Shown here: piece after piece, positions 13,464-23,595 of the stretch
How the letters are laid out: every line of letters starts with the position of its first letter
How positions within the stretch are numbered: the stretch's first letter is position 1
From: Candidatus Oxydemutator sp.
GTDB taxonomy: Bacteria; Pseudomonadota; Gammaproteobacteria; Poriferisulfidales; Oxydemutatoraceae
DNA length: 64,000 nucleotides
Assembly: GCA_965203445.1 (NCBI GenBank)
Contig: OZ241883.1
Location: 1,728,001-1,792,000, forward strand
Direction: 5' to 3'
Translations under genes and position numbers: made by a program
Notes under the pieces: model-generated
What the model saw: the letters and a program-made list of their open reading frames with translations, nothing else
The model's database searches: none
What the model was told of the DNA's origin: nothing

Positions 13464-15869
13464 GTGCGTTGCAACCTCGAGTGGCTGCGGCAGTGGGTGG
13501 CGATCGCGCCAGACGACGCGCGCGCGTTGGGCGAGCGTCTGACGCTGGCCGGCCTCGAAGTGGACGCCGAATACCCGGCGGCGCCGGCGTTGTCGCGCAT
13601 CGTCGCCGCGCGCGTAACCGACGTGGCGCCGCACCCGGACGCCGAACGCCTGCGGCTGTGCCGCGTGGACGCCGGTGGGCGCGGTTCGTTTCAGGTGGTG
13701 TGCGGCGCTCCCGACGTGCGCGTCGGCCTGTGCGCGCCGCTTGCGCTCGAAGGCGCAAACGTCGGCGGCAGGACTATTGCTTTGGCGACGATACGCGGCG
13801 TCGAATCGCACGGAATGCTGTGCTCCGCCGCCGAACTCGGCCTGGGCGACGATGCCGGCGGCCTGCTCGATCTGGGGGACGTGGAACCCGGCGCCGAACT
13901 CGGCGAACGTCTCGGTTCGGACGACGTGATCTACGACCTCGATCTGACGCCGAACCGCGCCGACTGCTGTAGCGTGTTTGGCGTCGCGCGCGAGATCGCG
14001 GCGCTGGACGGCGTCGAACTGTGCGCGCCCGAACAACCGGCGGTCGCCGCCGCCCACGACCTGCAACGCGCGGTTGTGGTCGCCGCCGAAGCCGCCTGTC
14101 CGCGCTATCTGTCGCGCGTCGTAACCGGCCTCGATCCGGCGGCGGTCGCGCCGCTGTGGATGCGCGAACGCCTGCGTCGCTGCGGTATGCGCGGCGTGCA
14201 TCCGGTGGTGGACGTGCTGAACTACGTGATGCTCGAGTGCGGGCAGCCGATGCACGCCTTCGACGGCCGCCGCCTGGCCGGCGATCTTCGGGTGCGTTTC
14301 GCAAAGGACGGCGAGCAACTGCGTCCGATAGGCGGCGGCGAGGCGCTCGCGTTGAACGGCGACGTGCTCGTGATCGGCGACGACCACGGCGCGGTCGCGG
14401 TCGCCGGCATTATCGGCGGCGCCGGGAGCGCGGTGCGCGAGGATACCCGCGACGTTGTGCTCGAATGTGCGTTCTTCGCGCCCGAGGCCGTCGCCGGACG
14501 CGCGCGCGCGCTCGGTCTGCACACCGAGTCGTCGCATCGTTTCGAGCGCGGCGTGGATCCGCGCTTGCAGACGCGCGCGCTGGAGCGTGCGACGCAGTTG
14601 CTGCTCGACGTCGCCGGCGGGAGCGCCGGGCCGGTGCGCGAAGTCAAAAGCGAACGCCACTTGCCGCGCGCCGCCGGGATCATGCTGCGCGCCGAGGCCA
14701 TGGCCGGGCGCCTGGGCGTCGCCGTCGCCGCCGACTTCGTCGCGCGCGCCCTCGTTTGTCTTGGTTGCCGCGTCGAGGGCCTCGGCGCCGGCGATGGCGC
14801 CGGCTGGCGTTGCGTGCCGCCGTCGTGGCGTTTCGATCTGCGCATCGAGGAGGATCTGATCGAGGAGATCGCGCGTCTGTACGGTTACGACAAAATTCCC
14901 GAGCGCATGGGCGCCGCCGTCGCCGGTGCCGGCGCCGGCGACATATTCGCGGGCGAGAACCGCGAGCGCGAGCGCGACCGGCGTCTCGACGACCGCCTGG
15001 TCGAGGCCGGTTATTACGAGGTGGTCACCTATAGTTTTATCTCGCCGAGGGAGGCCGCGCAGTTTTCCGACGAGAGCGCGCCGCGCCTGAGAAACCCGAT
15101 TTCGAGCGAGACGTCGGTCATGCGCACGTCGCTGTGGCCGGGACTGCTGCGGGTGTTGTCCTACAATCTCGACCGGCAACGCGAGCGCGTGCGGATTTTC
15201 GAGCGCGGCCCGGTGTTTTTCGAGCGCGACGGGCGGCCCGGGCAGGCGCAGATGCTGGGCGGGTTGGCGTGCGGCGCGCTGCGCCCGGAGCAATGGGGCG
15301 ACGACGGCCGCGCGTGCGACTTCCACGATGTCAAAGGCGACGTCGAACGCCTGCTGCGCGGCTGTGGCGGCGCTTTGCGTTTCGAGGCCGCCGAGTATCC
15401 GGGCCTGCATCCGGGACGCAGCGCGCGCGTCAGGATAGGAGACGCCGAAGTCGGGCGCGTCGGCCAGCTGTCGCCGCTGCTCGAACAACGCCTGAAGTTG
15501 CCCGCCCCGGTGTTCTTGTTCGCGCTCGAACTCGATCACCTGCCGGAGCGCCCGCCGACGTCGTGCCGGCCTCTGTCGCCGTATCCGGCGGTGCGCCGCG
15601 ACCTGGCGGTGGTCTTCCCGCAAGAAGTTACGGCCGCCTCGGCGGTGCGTTGTATCGAGAGCTTGCGCATCGAGCAACTGGTGAAAATCGTGGTATTTGA
15701 TGTTTTTGCGGGGGGTGATATACAATCGGGCTTCAAAAGCATAACCTTGGGGTTGATTTTTCAGGATTTATTCAGCACTCTTGAAAGCGGCAGCAGCGAT
15801 GCCTGGGTCGGGACTATCGTCGAGGCCCTGGAACGGGAGCTGAACGGGAAACTGAGGACGACCCACTGA
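13464..15869 (+). CDS. pheT: Phenylalanine--tRNA ligase beta subunit
   Basis: 'LTPNRADC', 'GQPMHAFD', 'RFERGVD', '[13 protein letters not shown]'; GTG start inferred. Confidence 0.96.
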   Translation: MRCNLEWLRQWVAIAPDDARALGERLTLAGLEVDAEYPAAPALSRIVAARVTDVAPHPDAERLRLCRVDAGGRGSFQVVCGAPDVRVGLCAPLALEGANVGGRTIALATIRGVESHGMLCSAAELGLGDDAGGLLDLGDVEPGAELGERLGSDDVIYDLDLTPNRADCCSVFGVAREIAALDGVELCAPEQPAVAAAHDLQRAVVVAAEAACPRYLSRVVTGLDPAAVAPLWMRERLRRCGMRGVHPVVDVLNYVMLECGQPMHAFDGRRLAGDLRVRFAKDGEQLRPIGGGEALALNGDVLVIGDDHGAVAVAGIIGGAGSAVREDTRDVVLECAFFAPEAVAGRARALGLHTESSHRFERGVDPRLQTRALERATQLLLDVAGGSAGPVREVKSERHLPRAAGIMLRAEAMAGRLGVAVAADFVARALVCLGCRVEGLGAGDGAGWRCVPPSWRFDLRIEEDLIEEIARLYGYDKIPERMGAAVAGAGAGDIFAGENRERERDRRLDDRLVEAGYYEVVTYSFISPREAAQFSDESAPRLRNPISSETSVMRTSLWPGLLRVLSYNLDRQRERVRIFERGPVFFERDGRPGQAQMLGGLACGALRPEQWGDDGRACDFHDVKGDVERLLRGCGGALRFEAAEYPGLHPGRSARVRIGDAEVGRVGQLSPLLEQRLKLPAPVFLFALELDHLPERPPTSCRPLSPYPAVRRDLAVVFPQEVTAASAVRCIESLRIEQLVKIVVFDVFAGGDIQSGFKSITLGLIFQDLFSTLESGSSDAWVGTIVEALERELNGKLRTTH

Positions 15870-15880
15870 GAGAACGCCCG

Positions 15881-16228
15881 ATGCCAACAAAAAAGACCAA
15901 GACGGTGACCAAATCGCACTTGATCAATCACCTGTCCGATAAGCTCGGCCTCAACAAGCACGAGTCCAGGGAATTCATGGAGAGTTTCTTCTCGGAAATC
16001 GTCGGCACCCTGGAGGGTGGCGTCAACGTCAAGCTGTCCGGTTTCGGCAATTTTTTGTTGCGCGATAAGGGCGAGCGCCCCGGACGCAATCCCAGGACGA
16101 GGGAGGTGGTGCCGATTCCGGCGCGTCGCGTCGTGGTTTTTCGGCCCGGTCAGAAGCTCAAGAATCGGGTGGCCGGTTGTATCGGGCAAGGAGCCGAGGA
16201 TGACCCGCTTTCCGCTGATACCGGATAA
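15881..16228 (+). CDS. ihfA: Integration host factor subunit alpha
   Basis: 'VKLSGFGNF', 'RPGRNPRT', 'FRPGQKLK'; follows pheT. Confidence 0.95.
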   Translation: MPTKKTKTVTKSHLINHLSDKLGLNKHESREFMESFFSEIVGTLEGGVNVKLSGFGNFLLRDKGERPGRNPRTREVVPIPARRVVVFRPGQKLKNRVAGCIGQGAEDDPLSADTG

Positions 16229-16532
16229 GCACTATTTCACGATCGGCGAGGTCAGCGAATGGTGCGGGGTCGAGCGCCACGTGCTGCGCTACTGGGAGAA
16301 AGAGTTTGCGCGCCTGCGCCCGGTGAGAAGGACCAACCGCCGCTGCTATACTCGGGAAAACCTGTCGCTGTTGATACGCATATATACACTGCTGCGGGTG
16401 GACAAATACACGATGGAAGGTGCGAAACAGGTGCTGGCCGACCGCGAGGCCGCGGCCGAGAAGGGCATCCATACCGACCTGGTTCGTGAGATAAGAGGCG
16501 AACTCGAACAGATACTGAACGTTCTCAAGTGA
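16200..16532 (+). CDS. MerR family transcriptional regulator
   Basis: '[13 protein letters not shown]', '[10 protein letters not shown]'; conserved ihfA-merR-tRNA-Pro arrangement. Confidence 0.9.
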   Translation: MTRFPLIPDKHYFTIGEVSEWCGVERHVLRYWEKEFARLRPVRRTNRRCYTRENLSLLIRIYTLLRVDKYTMEGAKQVLADREAAAEKGIHTDLVREIRGELEQILNVLK

Positions 16533-16537
16533 CTCGT

Positions 16538-16614
16538 CGGGGCGTGGCGCAGTCTGGTAGCGCACCACAATGGGGTTGTGGTGGTCGGAGGTTCAAATCC
16601 TCTCGCCCCGATCA
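16538..16614 (+). tRNA. tRNA-Pro(GGG)
   Basis: CGGGGCG/CGCCCCG acceptor, CCACA-ATGGGGT-TGTGG anticodon arm, GGTTCAAATCC; 3' end reads ATCA rather than ACCA. Confidence 0.93.
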
Positions 16615-16682
16615 TTTTGTCGCCGGCCGTTCGATCTTTGTCGCGGCCTTTTTGAATAGTGGCGGCGGCGACGCCGTTTGTT

Positions 16683-17189
16683 ATGCGTTGGTTCGGGCGC
16701 TTTGCCGTGTTCTTTGATTCCCCCGTGGGTGTGCTCGAAATCCAGGCCGACAAAGCCGGCCTGCGGCGTATTTCGTTTTGTTCGCGCCGCACGCCGTCGT
16801 CCGCAAGCGCGCCAGGCTCATTAGTCGCGCCGTCGCCGATGGAGAAACGCATAGCGCGGCAACTGCAACGCTACTTCGACGATCCCGCCCGGCGCATCGA
16901 ATGCCCGCTGCACCTGGCCGCCGCCACCCCCTTTCAGCGGCGCGTATGGAAAGTCATCGCCGCCACCCGCCGCGGCCAGACGCTGACCTACGGCGGCATC
17001 GCCGAACGCCTGAACACCCATCCCCGCGCCGTCGGCGGCGCCTGCCGCGCCAACCCGGTTCCGATAGTCGTCCCGTGCCATCGCGTCATCTCCAAGTCGG
17101 GCGAGTTGCGCGGCTACACCGGGCCTACGAAGGGTAAGGGATTGAAGGTCAAAGCCTGGCTGTTGCGCCACGAAGGGGCGCTGGAGTAA
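16683..17189 (+). CDS. ogt: Methylated-DNA--protein-cysteine methyltransferase
   Basis: 'TPFQRRVW', 'RAVGGAC', active-site 'PCHRVI'; start 16659 or 16683. Confidence 0.9.
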   Translation: MRWFGRFAVFFDSPVGVLEIQADKAGLRRISFCSRRTPSSASAPGSLVAPSPMEKRIARQLQRYFDDPARRIECPLHLAAATPFQRRVWKVIAATRRGQTLTYGGIAERLNTHPRAVGGACRANPVPIVVPCHRVISKSGELRGYTGPTKGKGLKVKAWLLRHEGALE

Positions 17190-17198
17190 CCTTTGCCC

Positions 17199-19901
17199 AT
17201 GCCTCCCAAGTCCTCCAAGTCTGGCAAGCCTCGCAAGTCTGGCAAAGCCGCGCGAAATTATCGCCACAAGGAAGAAGCTCTGATGCGTCCCGAGAGCGGC
17301 GCGCAGGACGTCTTTCCGTCCGCCAGGAGAAGGCCGCCCAGGACCTGGCGCTACGATTCCTCGCTGGCGCCGGAGTTGGCCTGGGACGAGGACGAGGCGC
17401 GCGGCGAGGGGGAACGCCTGATCGAGGAGATCATCGCCGGCGACGACCTGGATCAGGCGAAGCAGGCGGCGGAAAAACTCAAAAACCTGTCCCGGCACTT
17501 TCTGAACTGGGCCGGCAAGGCCGAGCGTGGCGGTTTTGCGGTGCCGACGCTGCCGCTGTTCGTCCACGAGCGCCTGTCCACCGAAGCCGTGCTGGAAACG
17601 CTGAAACGCCGCCACCGCAAGCGCGGCCAGACTTTGGAACTGTTCGGCGAGAGCGACAAGAGCATCGGCGAGAAAATCCGCGGCGCCTACGAACACGTCA
17701 ACGGTTGGCAGAATCGCCTGATCCTCGGCGACTCGTTGCAGGTGATGAACTCGTTGCTGGAGTACGAGGGCTTGGGCGGGCAGGTGCAGATGGTCTATAT
17801 GGACCCGCCTTACGGCGTCAAGTTCGGCGGCAACTTTCAGCCGTTTGTGCGCAAGCGCGACGTCAAGGACGGCGACGACGATTCGCTGAGCCGCGAACCG
17901 GAAATGGTGCGCGCCTACCGCGACACCTGGGAGTTGGGCATCCACTCGTGGCTGACCTATATGCGCGACCGCCTGCTGCTGGCGCGCGAAATGCTGACCG
18001 ATTCGGGTTCCTGCTTCGTGCAGATTTCCGATGAGAACGTGCACTTGGTGCGGTGCGTGATGGACGAGGTGTTTGGGAGGGAGAATTTTGTAAGTGAGAT
18101 TTACTTCGCTACGACAAGCGGATTCGCTACTGAAAAAATCAGCCGTGTAGGTGATTATCTGGTTTGGTACGCCAAGGATAGCAAAAGAATGAAATACCGC
18201 TCTTTATTTGTGGCCAAAAACAACACTGAGCGCGGGGATAATACATACCGTTATTTGGAACTTCAGTCTGGCTCAAGGCGTTCTATGACGAAAGCAGAGC
18301 GGGAAGGTATGGTTTCTCTTCCAGATGACAGCAGGGTTTTTGCCTGCGGTGATACTCAATCACAAGGTGCTTCCTCGCAGGATTGCCCTTTTGAATTTGA
18401 AGGGCAAATTTTTCGTCCACAACCGAATAATCATTGGAAAGCGCATTATCTGAGAGGCATGGAAGCTCTCAAAAAAAGCAATCGTCTTGTCATTGTTGGA
18501 AACCAGCTGTGGTATATCCGCTACGCGGATGACTATCCGGTGCGAAAAATCACCAACTCCTGGATGGACACGGGTCTTTCCTTTGCTATGGATAAAAAAT
18601 ACGTTGTCCAAACCGCCGAGAAAGTTATCCAACGCTGCATGTTGATGACCACCGACCCCGGCGATCTGGTTTTAGACCCCACCTGCGGCAGCGGTACCAC
18701 CGCCTATGTCGCCGAACAATGGGGCCGCCGCTGGATCACTACCGATGTCTCTCGTGTGCCCTTGGCCCTTGTCCGCCAACGCCTGCTCACCGCCACCTAT
18801 CCCTACTATCAGTTGAAAGACGAGCAGCGCGGCCCGGCCGGTGGCTTCGTTTATCAGCGCAAGCAGAACAAAAAAGGCGAGGAAGTCGGCGGCATCGTGC
18901 CGCATATCACGCTGAAATCCATCGCCAATAACGAACCGCCGGCCGAGGAAGTGCTGGTGGACAAACCCGAAACCGAAAGCAGCGTCATCCGCATCACCGG
19001 CCCGTTCTGCGTCGAGGCCGTACTGCCCACGCCGCTGTCGCCCGAGGCCGAACTGCCGCAAGTAAAAGAACCTGTCCCGCCACCGGACAACGAGGACAAC
19101 CACATCGAGCGCATGATCGAAGTGCTGCGCCTGTCACCAGTGCTGAGACTGCAAGGCAACCAGGAATTCCGCCTGGACAAGGTGCGTCCGCCCGCCAAGT
19201 CCTTAAGCCTGCATGCCGAAGCCGAGCACGTCGCTCCCGGGACGGACGACGGCGAGGCCGTCGCGATCGTCTTCGGCCCCGCCAACGGCCCCGTCAGCGA
19301 ACGCGCCGTGATCGAGGCTGGCAAGGAGGCGCACGCAAAGAATTACCAAATGCTGCTGGTCATCGCCTTTGCGATAGAACCCGAAGCCCGCGAAACCGTG
19401 CAGCACGGCGAGGCGACCCTTGGCTTGCCTGCGGTCTATGTCCAGGCCAGTACCGATCTGGTGATGTCGGACCTGCTGAAGAATACCCGCTCAAGCCAGA
19501 TCTTCGCCGTCGTCGGCCTGCCCGATGTCAAACTGGAAAAAGCGCCCGAGAAAGCCGAGGACGGCGGCGACCTGTGGCAGGTAACCCTGCGCGGCCTGGA
19601 CGTGTTCGACCCGGCCACGATGGAACACAACGCCCTGCAAGGCGACGATGTGCCATGCTGGATGCTGGACACCGACTACGACGGCCAGAGCTTTCGCGCC
19701 GGCCAGGTATTCTTCCCGCGCACCTCGGCCTGGGACAAAATCCGCCACGCCGTGCAAGCGGACTTCGACGAATCCGTCTGGGAACGCCTGCGCGGCGCCG
19801 TCAGCGCCCCGTTCGCCGCCGGCGACCAGATCGCCGTAAAAGTCATAGACGACCGAGGCAACGAACTGATGGTAGTCAAAAAAACCGGAGACCCAAAATG
19901 A
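17199..19901 (+). CDS. Type III-like RM DNA amino-methyltransferase (Mod, beta class)
   Basis: 'RLILGDSL', catalytic 'DPPY', later SAM-binding 'LDPTCGSGTT', C-terminal 'IAVKVIDDRGNE'; paired with Res at 25397. Confidence 0.9.
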   Translation: MPPKSSKSGKPRKSGKAARNYRHKEEALMRPESGAQDVFPSARRRPPRTWRYDSSLAPELAWDEDEARGEGERLIEEIIAGDDLDQAKQAAEKLKNLSRHFLNWAGKAERGGFAVPTLPLFVHERLSTEAVLETLKRRHRKRGQTLELFGESDKSIGEKIRGAYEHVNGWQNRLILGDSLQVMNSLLEYEGLGGQVQMVYMDPPYGVKFGGNFQPFVRKRDVKDGDDDSLSREPEMVRAYRDTWELGIHSWLTYMRDRLLLAREMLTDSGSCFVQISDENVHLVRCVMDEVFGRENFVSEIYFATTSGFATEKISRVGDYLVWYAKDSKRMKYRSLFVAKNNTERGDNTYRYLELQSGSRRSMTKAEREGMVSLPDDSRVFACGDTQSQGASSQDCPFEFEGQIFRPQPNNHWKAHYLRGMEALKKSNRLVIVGNQLWYIRYADDYPVRKITNSWMDTGLSFAMDKKYVVQTAEKVIQRCMLMTTDPGDLVLDPTCGSGTTAYVAEQWGRRWITTDVSRVPLALVRQRLLTATYPYYQLKDEQRGPAGGFVYQRKQNKKGEEVGGIVPHITLKSIANNEPPAEEVLVDKPETESSVIRITGPFCVEAVLPTPLSPEAELPQVKEPVPPPDNEDNHIERMIEVLRLSPVLRLQGNQEFRLDKVRPPAKSLSLHAEAEHVAPGTDDGEAVAIVFGPANGPVSERAVIEAGKEAHAKNYQMLLVIAFAIEPEARETVQHGEATLGLPAVYVQASTDLVMSDLLKNTRSSQIFAVVGLPDVKLEKAPEKAEDGGDLWQVTLRGLDVFDPATMEHNALQGDDVPCWMLDTDYDGQSFRAGQVFFPRTSAWDKIRHAVQADFDESVWERLRGAVSAPFAAGDQIAVKVIDDRGNELMVVKKTGDPK

Positions 19902-21400
19902 AACTCACCGTAAAAAACTTCGGCCCCATAGCCGAAGCAAAAAATATAGAAGTAAGCCCCATGACAATTTTCGTAGGGCCGAGCAATACGGGCAAGTCAT
20001 ATCTGGCAATGCTGATTTATTCAATTTATATGGTGCTTGCAAAAGCAAAAGAAGACTATCGCATGGCAAGATATAGTATGCGCTACATGGAGGGTAATTA
20101 TAAAGACATAAAAGATATATTTAATAAGTTAACGCAATCACAAAGCACCGCGTTGGGAGAAATAGATAAGTATTTCGATAAGTGGGTAGAAGATATCTGT
20201 TCTGAATGGCGGAAACAATTTATTTATTGTTTGGGAGAAGAAGGGAGAAATATAATCGAGACTACGGAAGTGGATAAAAGGTTTTCCGTGAGAATATCCG
20301 ACTTTGAAAACCAGCTTATTTTAGATTTGACGTATCCGGAGAAGAGCAAGCTGACCAACCAAAAGAAAAAGGATATATATCAATCGTTAAAAAAAATACT
20401 CTTATCGCAGAAACAGAAAAAACAAAGATACGGAAGAGTAGTTGACCACAATGAGAGAATGTACTTTCATTTGTTAGATGAATGTATTGAGACGTTATTC
20501 CATCATTTTCATACCGCTTTATCTAATAATGAAGAAAACAGGTTATCGATTCCGCATTACTTGCCTGCCATCCGAGGTGGGATTATTCAAAGTCACCGCA
20601 CTCTGGTTAGTGCACTTATTGAGCGGGCGCCTATGGCCGGACTTAGCAGGCTCTCGCCTATTCCTCTTTTTAGTGGTGTTCTTTCTGATTTTATGCAAAA
20701 ACTGATAAATATTAGAGGCGATAGGACAGGTGTAATGTTAAGAAGACGTATAATACGTCGGAAACGTCCACTACGTCGTCCCCACCGTCCTCCCGTAGAA
20801 GAAATAAAAAGAATTAGTGGGGATATAGAAAACCGAATCTTGTCCGGAGAAATATATATTCAAGAATCGGAAGTAGGGTATCCCGATTTCCGCTACAGGT
20901 TTAAGAGCAACGGCGAAGAACATGATTTGCCATTGATGAGCGCCTCGTCATCGGTTTCAGAATTGGCCCCGATTGTGCTATTTATCCGTCATTATTTGGA
21001 TACCAGTGACTTGTTTATCGTGGAGGAGCCGGAAGCCCATCTGCATCCGGCCGCCCAGCGGAATATTTCCGATATTCTCGCGCGATTAGTCGCGGATGGC
21101 GATGTCAATATTTTGATCACCACGCATAGTGACATTATCGTGGAACAGGTCAGCAATTTTGTCTATGCCGCGGAGATAGCCGGTAGTAAAAAAACCGAGC
21201 TCTCCAAACTTACCAAACTCAAAGAAGAAAAGTGCTCCGTTTATTTGTTTGCCGGATCCAGAGCGGGGAAAACAAGGGTCAAAAAAGTTCCGTTTGATAA
21301 GGAATATGGCTTTTTGACCAAAGATCACCTGGATGTTTCCTCTGCGCTTTACAACGAAACCATCAGGCTCATGAAACAGAGAGATAAGGCCAGTGGTTAA
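19898..21400 (+). CDS. ABC-type (AAA_15/AAA_21-like) ATPase
   Basis: 'VKNFGPI', Walker A 'GPSNTGKS', 'SASSSVSE', Walker B/D-loop 'VEEPEAHLHP', 'ITTHS'; AT-rich. Confidence 0.88.
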   Translation: MKLTVKNFGPIAEAKNIEVSPMTIFVGPSNTGKSYLAMLIYSIYMVLAKAKEDYRMARYSMRYMEGNYKDIKDIFNKLTQSQSTALGEIDKYFDKWVEDICSEWRKQFIYCLGEEGRNIIETTEVDKRFSVRISDFENQLILDLTYPEKSKLTNQKKKDIYQSLKKILLSQKQKKQRYGRVVDHNERMYFHLLDECIETLFHHFHTALSNNEENRLSIPHYLPAIRGGIIQSHRTLVSALIERAPMAGLSRLSPIPLFSGVLSDFMQKLINIRGDRTGVMLRRRIIRRKRPLRRPHRPPVEEIKRISGDIENRILSGEIYIQESEVGYPDFRYRFKSNGEEHDLPLMSASSSVSELAPIVLFIRHYLDTSDLFIVEEPEAHLHPAAQRNISDILARLVADGDVNILITTHSDIIVEQVSNFVYAAEIAGSKKTELSKLTKLKEEKCSVYLFAGSRAGKTRVKKVPFDKEYGFLTKDHLDVSSALYNETIRLMKQRDKASG

Positions 21401-21887
21401 GCCGAAACCAACGAGTCAACCGGAACCAGGACTCAAAAGTATCTTCGATGATAAATACAAAAAATGCCGGATTCCTGAACGTTCAGAATATGGATTGGGA
21501 AGTATGATAAATCCCACCGTTTATTCGGTGGATAAGCTTTTTGAAGAGCCGCCTGAAAGAGGCGGAAAGCATTGTGATGAATTCGTATTCTGTGCTTTGA
21601 GCCAAAACGAGGCTGGCTTGTACCTGGTAGAGAGAAAAACCAATAGCCAGGATATAACAGCAGTAAAAAAACAGCTGCAAGGCGGAGCGGATTTTATCCG
21701 GGATTTCATGAAGGACGATCCGTCAACCGACAATCAGCCGTTCGATTATATGCCCGTGTGGGTTTCCAAAGGAATAAAACCTGGGCTGCGTTCGATGTTG
21801 AGAGACCCTGAAAATTCAATTTCATTGAAAGGAAAAGACGAGCTCATTGAACATTGTAAAATTGGAAAGAACCTGCCCCTAATGTAA
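21393..21887 (+). CDS. Hypothetical protein, possible PD-(D/E)xK nuclease fold
   Basis: Overlaps the ATPase stop; 'KHCDEFVF...YLVERK...KKQL' fits a D...ExK...QL pattern. Confidence 0.55.
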   Translation: MVKPKPTSQPEPGLKSIFDDKYKKCRIPERSEYGLGSMINPTVYSVDKLFEEPPERGGKHCDEFVFCALSQNEAGLYLVERKTNSQDITAVKKQLQGGADFIRDFMKDDPSTDNQPFDYMPVWVSKGIKPGLRSMLRDPENSISLKGKDELIEHCKIGKNLPLM

Positions 21888-21889
21888 CG

Positions 21890-23551
21890 GTGGCAACGAT
21901 GAAAATCACCAGGGTAGTTATCCGCAACTTCAAGCGTTTCGGCGACGAAACTTTTGACCTTGACGATCACATTGTCGTCACCGGGCCGAACAATTCGGGC
22001 AAGACCACGTTGCTGCAAGCGATTGCGACCTGGCACTTGGCGTTGTCGCGCTGGCGCGAACTGAATGACTATCAGCGTCACGGCGGCGCCTATACCAAGG
22101 CGCCTATCGCCCGGCAGGCATTTTATTCCGTTCCGTTGCGCGCCTTTGATTTGTTGTGGCACAAACGGGGCGCGGAAGAGAAAGTTGAAATAGCAGTAAC
22201 TTGTGACAATACCCGCGTGCCCGTTGAAATCATCAGCGACAGCAGCGAGCAGGTGTACGTTCGCCCAACCTCGGACGTGTCGCCGGAGTGTCTTGTGGAC
22301 CCCGATAATTTTCCCGCTCCGGCTTTTGTTCCGGCCATGTCCGGTCTGGGCACCGAGGAACCCGTGTATCAGAGGCCGAAGATCAATCAGTTGTTGGGGC
22401 AGGGCAAGCCCGGCGACGTGCTGCGCAACCTGCTGGTCGAGGTTCATCATGACCGGAGCGCGTGGGAACGGCTGACAAAAGCCGTCAAAACAATTTTCGA
22501 TTACGACCTTTTGCCGCCGAATACCGATGGCCCGAATATTATTTTGGAATACCGGCACGCAGCACGGTCTGGCCCGACGTACGATATTGCCAGTGCCGGC
22601 AGCGGATTTCTGCAGGTGCTGATGTTGTTGACCTTTCTGAATTTCCGGCAGGGAACGGTGCTTCTGCTGGATGAGCCTGATGCCCACCTGCACGTAATTC
22701 TGCAAGACGGTATTTACCATGAACTGAAAACTACCGCACGAAAGAACAATTCGCAGTTGATCATCGCCACTCATTCGGAGGTCGTTATCAACGCCGTCGA
22801 ACCGAGAGAATTATACGCGCTGCTGGATACTCCGAAAAAACTGGCGAGCGACGAGGAAAGGGCGACGCTGATTCGCTCTCTTTCGTTGTTGTCCAACCTG
22901 GATATTGTGCAGGCGCGTGAAAAGGGAAGTGTGTTGTACGTCGAGGGCCACACCGACCTGGCATTGTTGCGCGCGTGGGCGCATATTCTGGAGCATCGGA
23001 CGGCGGGTTACCTGAGGCAGCCGTTCTGGAAACCCGCCGTGTTTGAAACGAGGCACAAAGGCAAGGGGATAAAGGCGGATGATCACTTCGAGTCTTTGCT
23101 GCTTGCGCAAGAGGAAGCGTGCGGCGTGCAAGTCATAGACCGCGACGCCAAGGAGAACATCCCCCCTATGAAGACGGCTTTCGACGACAGGTTTCTGAGA
23201 CTGTGCTGGAACCGCTATGAAATCGAAAGCTACCTTGTGCACCCCGACGTCCTTGCCCGTTTCGTTGCCGAGGCCGTCGGGCCGGAAGCGGAACTGGCAG
23301 ATGGCGACGCGATGAAAGAAGTCATGCGCGCGGAGTTGCCCGGCCGGGTTGTGGACGATCCGATGGGCGATCACGATGTTCTCAAACAGAGCAAGGCGCG
23401 CGTCGTCTTGTCCAAGATTCTTCACGAGGCTGGATTGCAGAATTTCCCCTATACTCGCTACGCGGAAATCGCCGCCGTCATGCGCGCGGATGAAATCCAC
23501 CCCGAAATAATCGAAAAATTAGACGCCATCGCCGACCACCTGAACCTGTAA
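21890..23551 (+). CDS. ABC ATPase fused to TOPRIM domain (OLD-family-like nuclease)
   Basis: 'IRNFKRF', 'GPNNSGKT', 'LLDEPDAHLH', 'IATHS', then TOPRIM-like 'YVEGHTD', 'IDRD', 'YEIESYL'. Confidence 0.8.
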   Translation: MATMKITRVVIRNFKRFGDETFDLDDHIVVTGPNNSGKTTLLQAIATWHLALSRWRELNDYQRHGGAYTKAPIARQAFYSVPLRAFDLLWHKRGAEEKVEIAVTCDNTRVPVEIISDSSEQVYVRPTSDVSPECLVDPDNFPAPAFVPAMSGLGTEEPVYQRPKINQLLGQGKPGDVLRNLLVEVHHDRSAWERLTKAVKTIFDYDLLPPNTDGPNIILEYRHAARSGPTYDIASAGSGFLQVLMLLTFLNFRQGTVLLLDEPDAHLHVILQDGIYHELKTTARKNNSQLIIATHSEVVINAVEPRELYALLDTPKKLASDEERATLIRSLSLLSNLDIVQAREKGSVLYVEGHTDLALLRAWAHILEHRTAGYLRQPFWKPAVFETRHKGKGIKADDHFESLLLAQEEACGVQVIDRDAKENIPPMKTAFDDRFLRLCWNRYEIESYLVHPDVLARFVAEAVGPEAELADGDAMKEVMRAELPGRVVDDPMGDHDVLKQSKARVVLSKILHEAGLQNFPYTRYAEIAAVMRADEIHPEIIEKLDAIADHLNL

Positions 23552-23595
23552 TGTCCGCCTCAAGTTACTGTATAACTTCCTATAAAATAGCAGCC

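Noticed and set aside
17199-17250. Short repeats at the mod 5' end (AAGTCTGGCAA twice) as a phase-variation tract
   Set aside because: An 18-bp-period in-frame duplication, not a simple-sequence repeat able to shift frame
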